64,000 bases of DNA, taken from Felis catus. Lineage: Eukaryota. Under the pieces are notes generated by a model, which ran no database searches, was not told where the DNA came from, and saw nothing but the letters and a program-made list of their open reading frames with translations. The stretch's first letter is position 1, and each line of letters opens with the position of its first letter. Below, piece by piece: positions 39,071 to 53,070 of the stretch. The translations under genes and the position numbers were made by a program. The stretch is from positions 65,598,001 to 65,662,000 of the forward strand of contig NC_058368.1 of NCBI RefSeq assembly GCF_018350175.1. Reading direction: 5' to 3'.

Positions 39071-39795
39071 ATCTGTAAAATGAGAAGATTATCAAGATAA
39101 ACCCTGAGATATCTTCCAGCTCTAATATTTTTATTTAATTGAAGGAGTAGAAAGACAGACTCATAGTGCCACATTTTTGTGGAAAATCTCATCCAACTTT
39201 TGTTGTCTTGTGGTTCATATTATTGTTTTTGCACACAGCACCCTCTCCCCTCCATATCCCAGACCTGCCCTGTGCTCAGGGGCCACTGTCCCCCTGCTGC
39301 ATGACCACAGGAAGCTCCCCTCCTCAGGTTTACAAGAAGATTTACACACAGCCTCCCACCAAAGTCCTGCTTTAGGCCCCTGCCTGACTCCCTTTCAGGT
39401 CCTCTCTTCCTACTGCCTCAAGCCAGGATTTCCCCTCAGGCTGAGAAACCTTCCCAGAGCTCCTTCATCCCATGGTGCACAGGGACCTGACCCAGGAGCC
39501 CCCTACACAGACAGCTAAGTCCAGACTTGAATGCTTTACATGGTTTAGCAGGTGTGAGAACACACATTTCCACCTTTAAAATGAGAGCAAGGTGATACTT
39601 CATAGGTTCTTTTCAGAAACTTACTTGCTTCTTAGGTCTCCCCAGAGCCTATAGCCCAGATGAACAATGGCCCTCCTTCAAGAAATTGGTTTAATTATCT
39701 TTCCCTGCTTGGGAATTCAGGATCCCTTCCTCTAAGGAAAGAGATAGGAAAACAGCAGCTGTTCCTAACCCCAGAAAATTTAGATTAAGAAGGTG

Positions 39796-39963
39796 AGTCT
39801 GCATTTTGATGCAAAACTATGTATCTCTCTGTCTCCATTGTGTGGATTCTAAGTCTGCATTTTGACACAAAACTATGTATCTCTCTGTCTCCATTGTGTG
39901 GATTCTAAGTCTGCATTTTGACACAAAACTATGTATCTCTCTGTCTCCATTGTGTGGATTCTA
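39796..39963. repeat. 56-bp tandem repeat, 3 copies
   Basis: Unit AGTCTGCATTTTGACACAAAACTATGTATCTCTCTGTCTCCATTGTGTGGATTCTA at 39796, 39852 and 39908. Confidence 0.97.
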
Positions 39964-40084
39964 GAAAAGGATCTTTGCTTCCCTCTTGCATAACAAGAAG
40001 CTCTTTAAAAGTGGGGGGGGGGGTGTTTGCTGGTTGGTTTTTACCAATACAAACTGTCTTTGAGGAAAAAACCAGTATTCTTCC

Positions 40085-40274
40085 TTTTATTAAAATTTAT
40101 TTTCAAGTTATCATGCAGTCTGGTGTTGGCTTCCGGAGTTGAACGCAGTGATTCATCTTTTTCCTATGACATATGACACCCAGTGCTCATCCTAAAAAGT
40201 GCCCTCCTTAATGCTCCTCACCAATTAAACCCATCCCTCCACCAACCCCTCCTCCAGCAACCCTCAGTTTGTTC
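40085..40274 (-). mobile_element. Carnivore L1 3' end fragment
   Basis: Reverse complement is homologous to 35730-35920. Confidence 0.88.
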
Positions 40275-40599
40275 ACACAGATAGACAATGCTGGAAGCTT
40301 TTTAAAAAAGAATGACTATTGAGATATTGTGTGTGGGTGTATATGTGTATGTGTATTTACTTAACACATTTCATTCAAAATTTTGCTCATACTGATTGTC
40401 TTCTGCCCATACTTTCCAACCATGGATTTGTGATTTTTTTTTTTTAATGTTATAACCGAAAGCCTACTGTACGTGAGTATGTGTTTGAGGAAAAGGGGCG
40501 GGGAAGGGGTATGGTGTGATGGAGAATACTTCAGCAAGATATTAAGATAATATAATTACCTTAAAAAAAAATCAAGACCCTTAACACGCTAGTTTCTAC

Positions 40600-41010
40600 C
40601 AGGTATTTTTCCCCTTGTTAACCATGTTTTGAAACAATTTCAAATTTACAGAAATGTTATAAAAATACTACAAAGAGTTCCTTTATACCCCTCCCCCGGA
40701 TTCACTAGTGGTTAACATTTTATCATGTTTGCCCCTTTTCGGAATTTTTTGAGCCTAAGTTGCAGGCACGATGCCCATCATCTTTTCATTTCTCCCCATC
40801 ATTTTATTGAGAACATTTTCAAGCATACAGAAAAATTAAAAGTATTTGTGGTGAATACCTCTAAACCCAGTGCCTACATTATCCTTCCATTACATTTTAC
40901 CAAACTTGTTTTATTACAAGTCTGTTGTCCATTTATGTGTCCGTCCTTCCATCCCATTGCTTTTTGAACAACTTTATTATGTATAATTTACAAACCATAA
41001 AACTCGCCCT
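40600..41010 (-). mobile_element. Old L1M 3' end fragments
   Basis: TTTTGAAACAATTTCAAATTTACAGAAA and TTTTATTGAGAACATTTTCAAGCATACAGAAAA motifs. Confidence 0.6.
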
Positions 41011-42529
41011 TGAGGTCATTTTAATCCACAGTCACATCATAGGAAATCATAGCTAGTTTGGTGAATTCTAACCAAAGCAGCCCATTTCTCAATATAAGTG
41101 CCTCTCATTTTGTAGAAGGAGACTGATCTCAGTGAGGGACCCTGACCTGTAATCCAGGATCCAGGATCCCTGATGGTTGGAGCCTCAGACAATCCTATTA
41201 CTGTCTCTGAATCTCAGTTTTTGGAAATCTGGAATAAGACCATTTGAGCCATTGATCAACCAATTTCTTGAGGCCCTAAGATGCAGCCATTCTAAATGCT
41301 AGTATTCCCGTTTCTTCATACTCTGCACAGTGTAGTACATTACACCTTTTGTTTGCTTTCCTCAGAATTAATCCTGATGACATCATGTGGAGCAAGTTAG
41401 CCTGAACATTTAAGGGGATAAAACACTTATGCCTTGAGGACTCTTCGCGAGCGAATCATTTATACATAGCATTTGTGGCATTCTGCTGTGAAATGGAATC
41501 TTGCTGTTACTAATGCAGAAGCCTGCTGGTAAATGCTCAGACTGTACATATTAGCCAGCTGGTGGCTGAATTCTGACTATTGAGCTGCCTAGAATTGGAA
41601 TAATTAATTTTCCTGGAGAAAGTGCGTTGTGGTTGTAGCTTTTTGGATTTGTGACTGTAATCTGTAATCACCAGGGAATTTATTTAGATTTGCAATTATA
41701 CTAGAGTTAGTAATTTATAGTAGAGATGGGAGCTTGCTAAATAGGAGGCATAGAGCTGTGAGTTTCCATTAATAGTTTTGTGAGCTTTGTATAATACCCA
41801 AGCTGTTAGCAAAGAACTATTAGCTAAATAGTCAGTTCATGTTCGTCTTATCTAATGAAAGCAGAAACCAATGTGTTTACCTCAGGAGTTTTTCCATTTA
41901 TTTAAAATATGGTTTTCTTTTGCATGAAAAGAGAGTGTCACTCTAAAAGCTTATATTTTAAAGAAGTGTGATTATAAATAATGGCTGCCTAGATATATAG
42001 CATTGTGTTTTTTAATATATTCCAGGAATATCATTCTTCTTATTGTGACTAAAAATTAACATGCCATCCTCTGTTAAATACTGTATCGTGAAGGAAAGAA
42101 TATGTGAATTGACTGTTTTTTAAAATTACGCATTTTCTTTGTATAGAAAGGATTTTTTGATAAAAAGAGTATTCTTACTAATACATACCAATTATTTTAA
42201 AGAGATGCTTATGTGCAATTATGTAGATTAGTCATAGATTAGCCAAGAAAGTAGACATGACTAATAGGAAATCATAAAAGTTGCCAAGAAGGCTTTATCT
42301 TGTAGTTTGAAATAGCCTTCTTTATACTTTGCAACCATTCTACACATTTATGGGTATAATTCTGCACAGTTGTGCAATTTATGAAATTGTATTGTTGCTC
42401 ACATGATTAAGAATTGACTTTTTTTTAAAAAAAAAGGCAGATGCTTTATTTCATATCCACATTATAAGATGAAATATTATATGAGATAACTATAGTGTGA
42501 TGAATTTGCATCCCTGGATTACTGAGGCT

Positions 42530-42800
42530 CACAGCTGCTCAACTAGGGCCCCAAGAATCTGATATGTTATAGAGTTCAGAATTTTGTTTATTTTAGAAAG
42601 TTAATTCACTGTCTATGCAATATAGAATAGAACATCCCCAATGGAGTCAAGCAGTGTATTAATATTTCTACAATAAAACAGGGATATTCCCTCTTTGTGA
42701 GATCCATAGATTATAAGTAACATCCTATCAGTGTGGAAATTAATTATCAGTTAACACTGTTTGGATTAATGCTAGTGTTTCTGGTTTTCACAGTTTTTAG
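42530..42800. mobile_element. TcMar-Tigger relic (MER46C-like)
   Basis: GTTCAGAATTTT...TTTTAGAAAG...AACATCCCC...TATTAATATTTCTACAA resembles my recollection of the consensus. Confidence 0.5.
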
Positions 42801-42802
42801 AT

Positions 42803-43010
42803 TTTAAATTTTTTTTAATGTTTTTATTTATTTTTGAGACAGAGAGAGACAGAGCATGAGCAGGGCAGAGAGAGAGGGAGACACAGAATCTGAAGCAAGC
42901 TCCAGGCCCTGAGCTGTTAGCACAGAGCCCGGCGCAGAGCTTGAACCCATGAACCGTGAGATCATGACCTGAGCCGAATTTGGTCACTCCACCAACTGAG
43001 CCACCCAGGC
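42803..43010 (-). mobile_element. SINEC_Fc
   Basis: T-tail, body and reverse head. Confidence 0.94.
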
Positions 43011-44279
43011 AACAGTATATTTTTTAAAGGGTTTTTTTACATGTGTTGTTTCTGTTGGAAGTATGCTCTAGTCTCAAATTGACAGAGGTAAAAAAGGCAT
43101 ATCCCAACTACAGCTTTGTTCATTAATGTATTTGAGTCCTTGTCCTAATTTTTTCCTTTCCTAAAATTCAATTCCCTTCAAAATATCTGGAAATTCCTGT
43201 AAGTTTTCTGTAAGCTCTAGTTGTTCATAAGCTGGAAAATAGCAATATAATAAATGAATGCCATTATTATTTTAAATAAATATTTGCTTCCTTTTTCCTT
43301 AGGAAGGATATTACTTGAGATTATTCCAAACTAACTGTCTACTACTAAGCTAGCTTTGGGACCAGAAATCCATATTTAGTAGGTATCAAAAGGAGATATT
43401 TGACAATCTTCAGTAAATAGAACTGTTGGTTATTTGAAAACAAATATTGTCCTAAGAGTTGTGATAAGCAAGGATCATAAAAATAGTCTCTACAGTATTT
43501 TCATTGAAGGGAATTAAAGTTCAAACACTAAGGTAAAACACACTGTGGCATGTATTGATTTGAATATAACTCATAAAGACAAATAAATAATATGAAAGAG
43601 ATCACTCTAATATAGAAGGATGCAATCATGCAGGCTTGGGTTCTGTTCTTAGACTTTTAAGAAAAAGAAATAAAGCAAACTTTGAGGCAGGGAGACACAA
43701 ATGCCCATTAAATGGCCTTTGAGTACAGTTGAAAGGAGACTGTAATTCCATCTATCTTGACTAAAATTAGAGAGGTTAAAATAGATTTTAGCTTCTACAT
43801 GTGTGAATAATGGTGCTGATTTTGTTTTTAATTAATATATATATTTTACATGTCACATATTTATCAACTTGTTAAAAATGGAATCCATCTCAAATAAATA
43901 TGGTAAAAATGCATGCAGAATACTTAGTAAAATGTTTGTGAATGGATATATGAGTAAACACAGTTAAGTGACATCCTTTGTAAAGCTGGAATCATGAAAA
44001 CACTATATAAACTTATTTTTATTTTATTCCATGCAAAACTAACAATTCAAGCTTTAATTATTTATTGAATGTAAATTACTTATACTGTAACTGACAGAAG
44101 ATAAAGGAACATTAAAATTCAAGTTTTCAGATTTCTTTCTAGGTAATCACTTGGATCTAGTTTCATAGGTATACGTGTGCTTAGAACACTCTAAAGTAAT
44201 TGTATGTGAATACTTCTTAGAAACACTGAACCTAGAGGCTGCCAGGTAGAAGATATCCTGATTATTTGGTGTGTATATA

Positions 44280-44730
44280 AAAATGACAAATTCAGTTTAC
44301 ACTTTGAACCCCAAATTCTACTCCTTAGAATTTTTTCTGCAGATATACTTGGGGATGATTAAATTAATTCTGTTGTGTTTATAAAATGCAATTCTATAAT
44401 AGCAATACAAATATAAAAAAGCTTTCTCTCTACTGAGATATTAAATGAAAAAAAGCTAAGTGCAGACCAATATGTATATTATGATACCATTCATATAAAG
44501 AAAGTGGAAAATACATACATTTGTGATATATGTACTTATGTACATGTCTATATTAGCTCTATATGAATAGAATAGTTCTGGGGAGAGAAAGTAAGAAATT
44601 ATGACAATTACCTGTTGTAAAGGACGTGAACTGAGTATAGACATAGAGGTGGGAGGGGCACTTTTACTATCTACCATTTTATACGTTTTGATGCATACCA
44701 TGTGATCGTATTATTATTTAATTTTACAGT
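44280..44730 (+). mobile_element. Very old L1 (L1ME-like) 3' region
   Basis: CTTTGAACCCCAAATTCTACTCCTTAGAATTT; TTAAATGAAAAAAAGC...TATGATACCATT. Confidence 0.6.
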
Positions 44731-45304
44731 GAACATTTTAAAAAGTGTTGTGCTTCAATTTCCCCACTTGTTCATTTGAGAAACGGATCAGTCGGAGCCT
44801 ACATATAGTGTGTCTGTATGTAGTGGGGGCTGTAAGTGAAGACACGTTAGGAGAATACATCATGCTCTCATGGGCTGAAAAGGAGGAAGATCAGCTTGGC
44901 TTTTTTTAATTTTTTAATCATGTGAGATGTGGTCAGTTAATAATATTCCATAGCTAAGAGTCCACTTCGATTTAGAATCTGCATTAGCGAAAACTGGAAA
45001 GACTTTTTTGATTTGTATGATAGATATTAAAACTGATGGTGAAATTTCTATTTCTACATGAATATTAAAAGATTCCATTAGGATGGATGAGCCAAGAATA
45101 AATCAAAACATACATTAAGAATATTAAATTATGTGAATTAGAAAGTTATTTTTTTAAATGCTTGTGTGCTCAATCCTCTGTGGTTAATTGATCAAGTACT
45201 TGATATACTGAGCTTAGTTTGCTCACTTACTGAGTTTTTGTAGCTCTGCATTGGAGGATATCATTGCATAAACATGTTATAATTAAAAATATCTTTGTAA
45301 CTGA

Positions 45305-45415
45305 GGGCCTCCTGGCTGGCTTGGTCTGTGGAGTATGCAACTCTTGAATCTTGGGGTTGTAAGTTCGAGCTCCCTGTTGGGTATAGAGATTACTTAAAAA
45401 TAAAAGTAAAAAAAA
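45305..45415 (+). mobile_element. Short old tRNA-derived carnivore SINE lacking the (CT)n tract
   Basis: GGGCCTCCTGGCTGGCT...GTTCGAGCTCC...AGAGATTACTTAAAAATAAAA; degenerate TSD ATCTTT(G/A)TAA. Confidence 0.85.
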
Positions 45416-45709
45416 CAAATCTTTATAAGTGAAACCCAACCTTTATAAGCATACTCTGTGTACAGAGTAACTTGTCTTTCAACGTTCTTAATAATTCCTC
45501 TAATCTGTTAACCAGGGCATCTACCACAGAGACATTCACATATGTGTCTCTTGCAAATAAAACCAATGTTGGAGCATCTTATGGAGAATTTACATAATTT
45601 GACAGTAAAGAGTTTAGAAACCTGCCCAATATATAGCAAATTGAATACTCAGGGGACAGCTTCCATTTTCTTTAAATGTCTTGTAGCTCTGGGACTAGTT
45701 GGCGTTAAT

Positions 45710-45963
45710 TATTTTATTTTATTTTATTTTATTTTATTATTTTATTTATTTTTTTAATGTTTATTCATGTTTGAGAGAGCGAGAGAGAAACAGAGCATGA
45801 GCAGGGGAGTGGCAGGGAGAGAGAGGGAGGCACAGAATCTGAAGCAGGCTCCAGGCTCTGAGCGGTCAGCACAGAGCCGGACGTGGGACTCGAACCCATG
45901 GGCCATGAGATCATCACCTGAGCCAAATTTGGACGCTTAACCGACTGAGCCACCCAGGTACCC
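45710..45963 (-). mobile_element. SINEC_Fc with (TTTTA)n tail
   Basis: Full body. Confidence 0.94.
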
Positions 45964-46495
45964 GAACAATATTTATTTTAAATAAATGAACATATAATTT
46001 ACTTTCTAATCACAAAATAACTTTTTGAAAACAATATGCCCAACAGTATTGAAAAACTTCACTGATGTTTAATATGGTGGCTTCTCTTTGAATTTCAGCA
46101 AAGTATAGGTACAGGGAAATTTGTATCAGTTAACTGCTTCCAGGGCTTATATGTGTTAGTTTTCTTTTTGTTTTTTATTCCAATATATAAAAGAATGTAT
46201 AGTAATCTTTTCATGTCTTGTTCCATAAAATCTAATTTCTGCTAGTTGTACATATGCAGGTGATGAGCAATTTAAATTGAACTATTTTCTTTCTTGGAAT
46301 GGAAACATAATGTTCTATCTGCGCATTGTTTTGTTCTTCAGTATCACATAATGTTAAAACGTATGACTGATTGGCATATTACAAAGAATGGTAAGTGATA
46401 TCATATATCTATACTATCATTATACAGTAGGATTATTGTGTCTTCCAACAAAGTGTATGCTCCGATGGATGGCATTACAGTTCTTCAATTCAGAA

Positions 46496-46498
<3 letters not shown>

Positions 46499-46540
<42 letters not shown>
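46499..46540. repeat. (TA)n microsatellite
   Basis: About 21 units. Confidence 0.97.
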
Positions 46541-46543
<3 letters not shown>

Positions 46544-47140
46544 TTAATGCAATTAAAGAGTTATTGTATCTTCAGTAATATGCACATTCATTATATGGCA
46601 TAATCTTTTGGAAACATAGAGAATATAGGTGCAACATCTACCATCTGATTTGAGGCATCCTATAACTTAAAGGTAAGAGCTGTCTTACGTCATATAGATA
46701 TTGCATAGTTCAACTCTCTAGCGAGGGCTAATGTTTGTGCACTTCTCCCTTGAATTTTCATAGCAGGCAAGGCAGGAGTGGGATCCGAGTCTTGAGATAT
46801 AGATGCCTTGGTCCTCATTAAGAGGAGCAGTGAGGGAGACCATGTAAGAAGTACCAAAGTCCAACATATCAGAAGAGTGTTTGTGTGCTGGCAAAACTCA
46901 GACGTGGATGTGGCACGCAGGGTGAAGGAGCAGGGGTCAGGGAGATGAGAGAAAGTGCTGCCAGGAGCACTGGCAGGGAATGGGTAAGGTGGGGAGGATA
47001 TTGAGTGATTGCCTAGTCACAACTAGTGTTTGGACTGGCAAGCGTGTACTGCAAGAGTATACAGCCCTTGTTTATTCAAGTGGAAGGGCAGAACAACAGT
47101 CTTTGCCAGCTTGATGTTGATTCTTAGGCCCTGGAGGCAA

Positions 47141-47660
47141 GGATTAGTCATGGTTCTCCAGAGAAAGAGAATCAACAGGATACACATATATGTGTAGAGA
47201 GGAAGAGATTTATTATAAGGATTGGATCATGTGATTATAGAGGCTGAGATGTTCCAAGATCACAGTCACCAAGCTGGAGACCCAGGAGAGCTGGGTGTGT
47301 AGCTCAGTCTGAATCCAAAGGTCTAAAAACTGGAGGAACCGATGGATAAGTTCCAGTCTGAATGTTGGCATGCTGGATTCTCAAGAAGAGCTGATGTGTC
47401 AGTTTAGGTCCCAAGGCAAGAAAATGCTGATATTCCATCTGCACAGTCAGACGGGGAATTCCCTTACCTGGAGGAGAGTCAGTCTTTTTGTTCTAAACAG
47501 TCCTTCAATGGATTGGATGGGGCCCACCACATTAGGGAGGGCAATCTGCTCTACTCAGTCTATCAACTCAAATGTTAGTCTCTTCCAGAAACACTCTCAC
47601 AGACACACCCAGCATAATGTTTGACCAAATGTCTGGACGCTCCATAGTCAGACGATCATA
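47141..47660 (-). mobile_element. MLT2 (ERVL) solo LTR
   Basis: ATTAGTCATGGTTCTCCAGAGAAA...GATTTATTATAAGGATTGG...CACAGACACACCCAG..ATAATGTTTGACCAAAT. Confidence 0.88.
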
Positions 47661-48247
47661 GGGAGATCAAAACAGACCTACCAGTGAATGCTGCTGATAG
47701 AATCTTCTGAGGACTGCCTTTATGCATGGATAGTGTGAATTTACAAGAGTTAAGACCGTAAGTGTCATTACACTTCCCTAGTTTTACCCTTCTTTTATTA
47801 GATGAGATAGCTGAATGAACTCAAGAAGTTGAGGATGCTGTCTAACTCAATATGGGCCTCCTGCAGTCTTCCTTTGAGGAAACATACATTCATGAATGAT
47901 CTCCTAATTATTATGTTTACACAGGGCCCTTTTTATACATATTCTGATATCTCTGTTATGAATATTCATTTTGTGTCTCATCCTCAAATCATCTCTACTT
48001 GAAAAATCCGTCCTTTGCTCGGTTACCCCAACCCCTTCCCAAGTTCCACTAATAATAGATGAGATTTGATCGTGTGGGTAAGCACCACTTCAGATTTCAA
48101 GTGCATGGCTTCACCTTACCTTTCTATTAGCCTTTCCAGTTAATGAGCATTATCGTGTACATTGTCTCATTTGATGACTTGGTGAAATATTGGTTGAACC
48201 TTATGAAATTGCTCGTATTTGACTGTTTTAGTTTCACAAAATGCTTA

Positions 48248-48791
48248 CAGTTGACCCTTGAACAAAGTTGGGGGTACAGACACAGACCTCTGTGCAGTTG
48301 AAAATCTGTGTATAACATTTAGCTCCCTGAAAACTCAGCTAGTGATAACCTACTGTTAACTGGAACCTTACCAATAGCATTAACAGCTGATTTACATGTA
48401 TTTTGTATGTTATATGTATCATATACTGTATTCTTACAATAAAGTAAGCTAGAGAAGGGGAAATGTTAAGAAAATTATTCAGAAAATTGGGGCACCTAGG
48501 TGGCTCAGTCAGTCAGTTTAGCATCCAATCCCTGATTTCGGCTCAGGTCATGATCTCATGGTTCATGAGATTGAGCCCCTCGTTGGGCACTGTGCTGACA
48601 GTGTGGGGCCTGCTTGGGATTCTCGCTACCTCTCTATGCCCGCCCCTCAAAATAAATAAATAAACATTTTTTAAAAAGAAAGTTATTAGGAAAATAAAAT
48701 ATACTTATGATGGTATACTATATATATTGAAAAAAATTCATGTGTAAGTGGACCCATGCAGTTAAAATCCACATTGTTCAAGAGTCAACTA
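48248..48791. mobile_element. Tigger2a-like TcMar element interrupted by a SINE
   Basis: TA-flanked TIRs CAGTTGACCCTTGAACAA ... TTGTTCAAGAGTCAACT. Confidence 0.9.
48489..48676 (+). mobile_element. CanSINE nested in the Tigger
   Basis: Head GGGGCACCTAGGTGGCTCAG; degenerate TSD AAGAAA(A/G)TTATT..GAAAAT. Confidence 0.92.
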
Positions 48792-50736
48792 TAATTTCGT
48801 ATGATTGGATATAGCATTATTAAACCTCCTTTTGAGACAGAAGAAAATGAGGCTCAAAGCAAAAGTGAGTTGTAGTTTCTTTGTTTGCTTTAGTAATCAT
48901 AGAACTTTTAAGTAACAAAGTTAAACTAAGGCATGTACCTGCAACATTTTAATACACATTTCTTCCGCCTAGCTGACAAGCAGCAAATCATTCATACCTT
49001 ATCCAAAACAAGGAGATGATAATGATGATAGGATGAAATTAAACTGGGGTTTTAATGGCTTCAGAACTGTAGATGTCCATAGCTTTCTATCATTTTGTTT
49101 CTAGCATAGTTCTCAGTTCTTTTTCCTCAATAATAACTATTAAACTTTGGAAACTCTGAAATCACCATAATCTCTGGTCACCCTTGTGTTGGAGACACCT
49201 GAGTGACAACAGCTCTACTTTTCATACTCCTCCTGGGACGTCTTTTAACATGTTGAAAGCTTTAGAAGTCTTTGATAACAAAAAATTATCATTACAACAT
49301 AGTAGGTAGCAAGTATGATTTCCTCGTGATCATATTTACAGTTATTGGCTTAAAATTATGTAGTAAATTCCTGTGATAACTCCCAGCAATCTTTGCTGAA
49401 TATGAATGCATTTTAGAAAAACAAGCCCCTGAATTATTGGCAGAAATATGTATTTTATTGATTCTTTAAGTTTTATTTTGAGATATCACTTTGATTACTC
49501 CTCAAATATTGGTAAAAATAGGGACATCAAAATTTTTATCAATGCCCTAAAATAATATTGCTGAGATTTTTGGGCAGATCAAGTCCAAGTATTTGCTCAT
49601 AGGGATCTATTTTCTTATAAATAAAGTTGAGCCGGGAAGCACGAAATTGAGAGCATTTTGAGGGAGCATTGAAATTGAAGTCACTACAGGCAGTCTGCTT
49701 ACTCTCGAAATCCTGTTCTTGTGATTTGTCTAAAATAAAAATGGTGGAAAGGAAGGAATTCAAGAAACAGCCATTACGTGATCCTGCTTGAATTCTTTGA
49801 AGGTTGTAATGAGTGTTTGCAGAGTGTAGGGTCAAAGATGACCTAGGGAGGGAGGAAGCAGAGAGCAGAGAGGCACTCCAGCGCTGTGCGGTAGAGATAA
49901 AGAATGTCTTCCTGAGGTATTTGTGTTGGTGTTGTTGGCCCTTAATTAATAAAAATGAAAATGTCAAAATGAGTGGTGGCTTAATTTAAAATATCAGCAT
50001 AGTTAGCTGTCCTTTTAGAAAAACCATTTCAGTCCACTTAAAAAGTAATCACCATTAGAATATCAACAGAAGACGAAATGGAAGATTGGGATCAAGAGAA
50101 AGATAACACTTCACAAACAACTGCATAGCAAATTCAATTCATCTACAGAGTAGCTCATTTCATTTTTACCCCATGTGTCAAGAATTTTTTTTTAAGCGTC
50201 TTTCAGCAAGAAATCACCTTAAAACTACCTTTACAAGATTGAGCTCCTGGGACACGTCCTTTGGGAGAATCACCATAAGCCATTTTTCATAAATTCCTAA
50301 ATCATTCTTTCTCGTTCTTAAAATTGTGGTGCAGCACGCCTCATATGCAATTAAGCATAGTAACTTATAATGAATAACCAAGTACTGAGTTACAGAAATG
50401 CTGTTACTTATCTGCCCCCGGGCTAGGCAAAGAGAACAGATGGAGTTCAGGTTCTGCTGGCACCAGGGATCATAGGAACTTTGGGTCCCTGGGGACTTCG
50501 TCCTCGCAGAGGAACTTTACAAGATGCTAAACAATGAATGCTAGGTGGCTTCTTGCTAACGACGTTGCAGAGAAAAGTGGATTTACTGCAGCTCAGTTTG
50601 TTGATTGTGGAAAAGATGGGAGTGGTCTTCAGCTATATCTTGGCTTACACCCTGTGAAACTGCACAATCATGTTATTTAACAGAATTTTATTTAAAGCTC
50701 TTTATGGGGCGGGATGCCCTATTTTAAAAATCTCTA

Positions 50737-50954
50737 GGGGCGCCTGGGTGGCGCAGTCGGTAAAGCGTCCGACTTCAGCCAGGTCACGATCTCGCGGTCT
50801 GTGAGTTCGAGCCCCGCGTCAGGCTCTGGGCTGATGGCTCGGAGCCTGGAGCCTGTTTCCGGTTCTGTGTCTCCCTCTCTCTCTGCCCCTCCCCCGTTCA
50901 TGCTCTGTCTCTCTCTGTCCCAAAAATAAATAAACGTTGAAAAAAAAAATTAAA
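50737..50954 (+). mobile_element. Young SINEC_Fc
   Basis: CpG-rich; perfect TSD AAAAATCTCTAG. Confidence 0.97.
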
Positions 50955-52859
50955 AAAAATCTCTAGAAAGAAGGTACAGAGGATTAGCAGCATTGAGTTG
51001 TACAAAAAAATCTTGATCTTGGGAGAACGGTCCAGGAGTGAGTGAATGAGTTAAAAATGTGCTGACAGTAGGTTTGTCCAACCTTCTTTTTTTTTTTTTT
51101 TTTCTTTCTCCACTGAAAAAATAATACATCTGCATATCTGACAGCACAGGAGAGCTTAGTGACAAACCTACCCAGTCTTTGCTAAAAGGCAAGACTGGAC
51201 AAAAACAAGGTGCTTAAAATAAGTAAGACCTGAGCACGATGTATCCTTCCTTCATACATTGCAGTGGGTGAATAGTCAATCCATTGAGTAATAAATTCTC
51301 CACTGATGTTCTACTAGCAGGAAAACATCTCTTTCCTATTTTTTGTCCCGTGCTTCTTTATCACAACCCTTATTCAACATCTGACGTGAGATCCTCTCAC
51401 ATGATCACTCACGGGCTAGAGATCTTTACGGTTCTCATTTGCCTGCAGGTAAATTTAGATATTTGTTTATTCACCTGTGATGCACTGAGTACTTACCACA
51501 TGTAACTGGGTGCCAGGTGTCAGAAAATTCCAACAGATGAAATAACTGAGAGATATAACTGCATATACACGTGTGTATCTGGCTTCTAGTCCTTTTGGAG
51601 AGGAAACTCCTCTGTCCGTTAACTGCTGTCAAAAGCTTGGTAATGGAGCAAACTCGCTAGGGTGATTTTTAAAAATTTAGTCCAGATTTCAGCTCCTTCT
51701 CATCTCCTTGGTTCCTGAACTCTGCCCAAGATTCTATTCTCCTAATTTTTTTCTTTGGAGTTACTTATTAATAAGGACCCCTTGGTCATTTTGCTTTATA
51801 TCCTGAGATTATAAGTTTTGGAGAATTTAATAGCTCTTGCATGAGTCATCTATAATAGACATTCCGTAGAATAAAATGTATCCTCATTTAAAAAAATGTA
51901 ATTGGAAAGGAAAAGGTACATTGTCAGGCCTTGTTCTGTCTATGGAAATCAATTCAAATCATGATTATACTCCTAGTCTATTTGAGAAGAATAAAATATT
52001 CAAAACTAATGGTTTCAAGCTCTCAGCAAAACTAGACTCTTATTGTGAGAACTCCACGGTGGTTCTGGAAAACAGTTTTGATTTTTCTCAGCCAATACAA
52101 ATACTGTTTTTGGTATGAATTGAGGAAACAGCATTTTCAGTGAGCCTCTACTGAACTTTCTTGAAATATTAAAATAAAGATGACAGAATCACAACTTGAT
52201 TATCCTGCATTGCCATATCCAATGGGAACAGAGTTGGGCATCTAGAAAAGTCCATTTCCTGTGGGTACTGTTATTTTTTCCAGGACATTCTTCTTCAACC
52301 ACTTTCTGACTTGCTATACTAAGAAAACTGGCAAACTTAAATGATTACTCACAGATAAATAATCTTGAGGGGCAGATAAGAGGGTCAAATGAATGTGAAA
52401 AAAAATACCTTTCTCTGTGTTAAATTTGTTTTCATATTGTATTAATCAAATCGTGCAAAGTATAAGATATCGAAACCATAGATAAATATATATGTGGCCT
52501 GGTTCTCTCATTGTTTTATCTTTAAATACGATTTACATGCCATGATTTAATACGTTATCTTACTCCCTCCAAAAAAAATACAAAGAATAACTTTTAAGCA
52601 CACCGCGTATGGCACTAAAGGCAAGTAAGCCTACAGTTTTAATGTCCAATAGTTGTCATACTAATATTTGGAAATGTACCTGATGCTAAGTACATTAGTG
52701 CAAACATGTAATCCTTTGTCAACAATTGTCTTCCATTGGCATTATAAAATCCTGGATCAGGACCATTTCTTGTGAACTACATTACATCACCAACTCAGAA
52801 AACTTTTAGACACCCATGCATGTACTTTACTATCACAATGAAATGCTTGAAATATTTGG

Positions 52860-53070
52860 TGTTGTCACACTTTGGGTGCTTAATATATGTCAGGCGCTGT
52901 TCTGAGAGCTTTTTAAATGTTAACTCATTTAATCTTTAGAACATTTAATTAAATGGGTATTTTTGTCCCAGTTTTATAGATGAGGAAACCAAGGCACTGT
53001 GAAGTTAAGTAATTTTTCTGAAGACATACGGCGTGACTCCAGAGCCCGTCTGTTTTCAGTACCACGCTAC
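52860..53070 (-). mobile_element. MIR
   Basis: AACTCATTTAATC...TTTTATAGATGAGGAAACCAAGGCAC..GAAGTTAAGTAA...TGACTCCAGAGCCC. Confidence 0.85.

Noticed and set aside
39796..39963. CRISPR-like array
   Set aside because: Head-to-tail copies with no spacers, in mammalian DNA
45305..45385. tRNA gene
   Set aside because: tRNA-derived SINE head with A-tail and TSD; cloverleaf degenerate
49539..49967. 142-aa minus-strand ORF
   Set aside because: No recognisable domain; length within chance expectation for six frames of 64 kb
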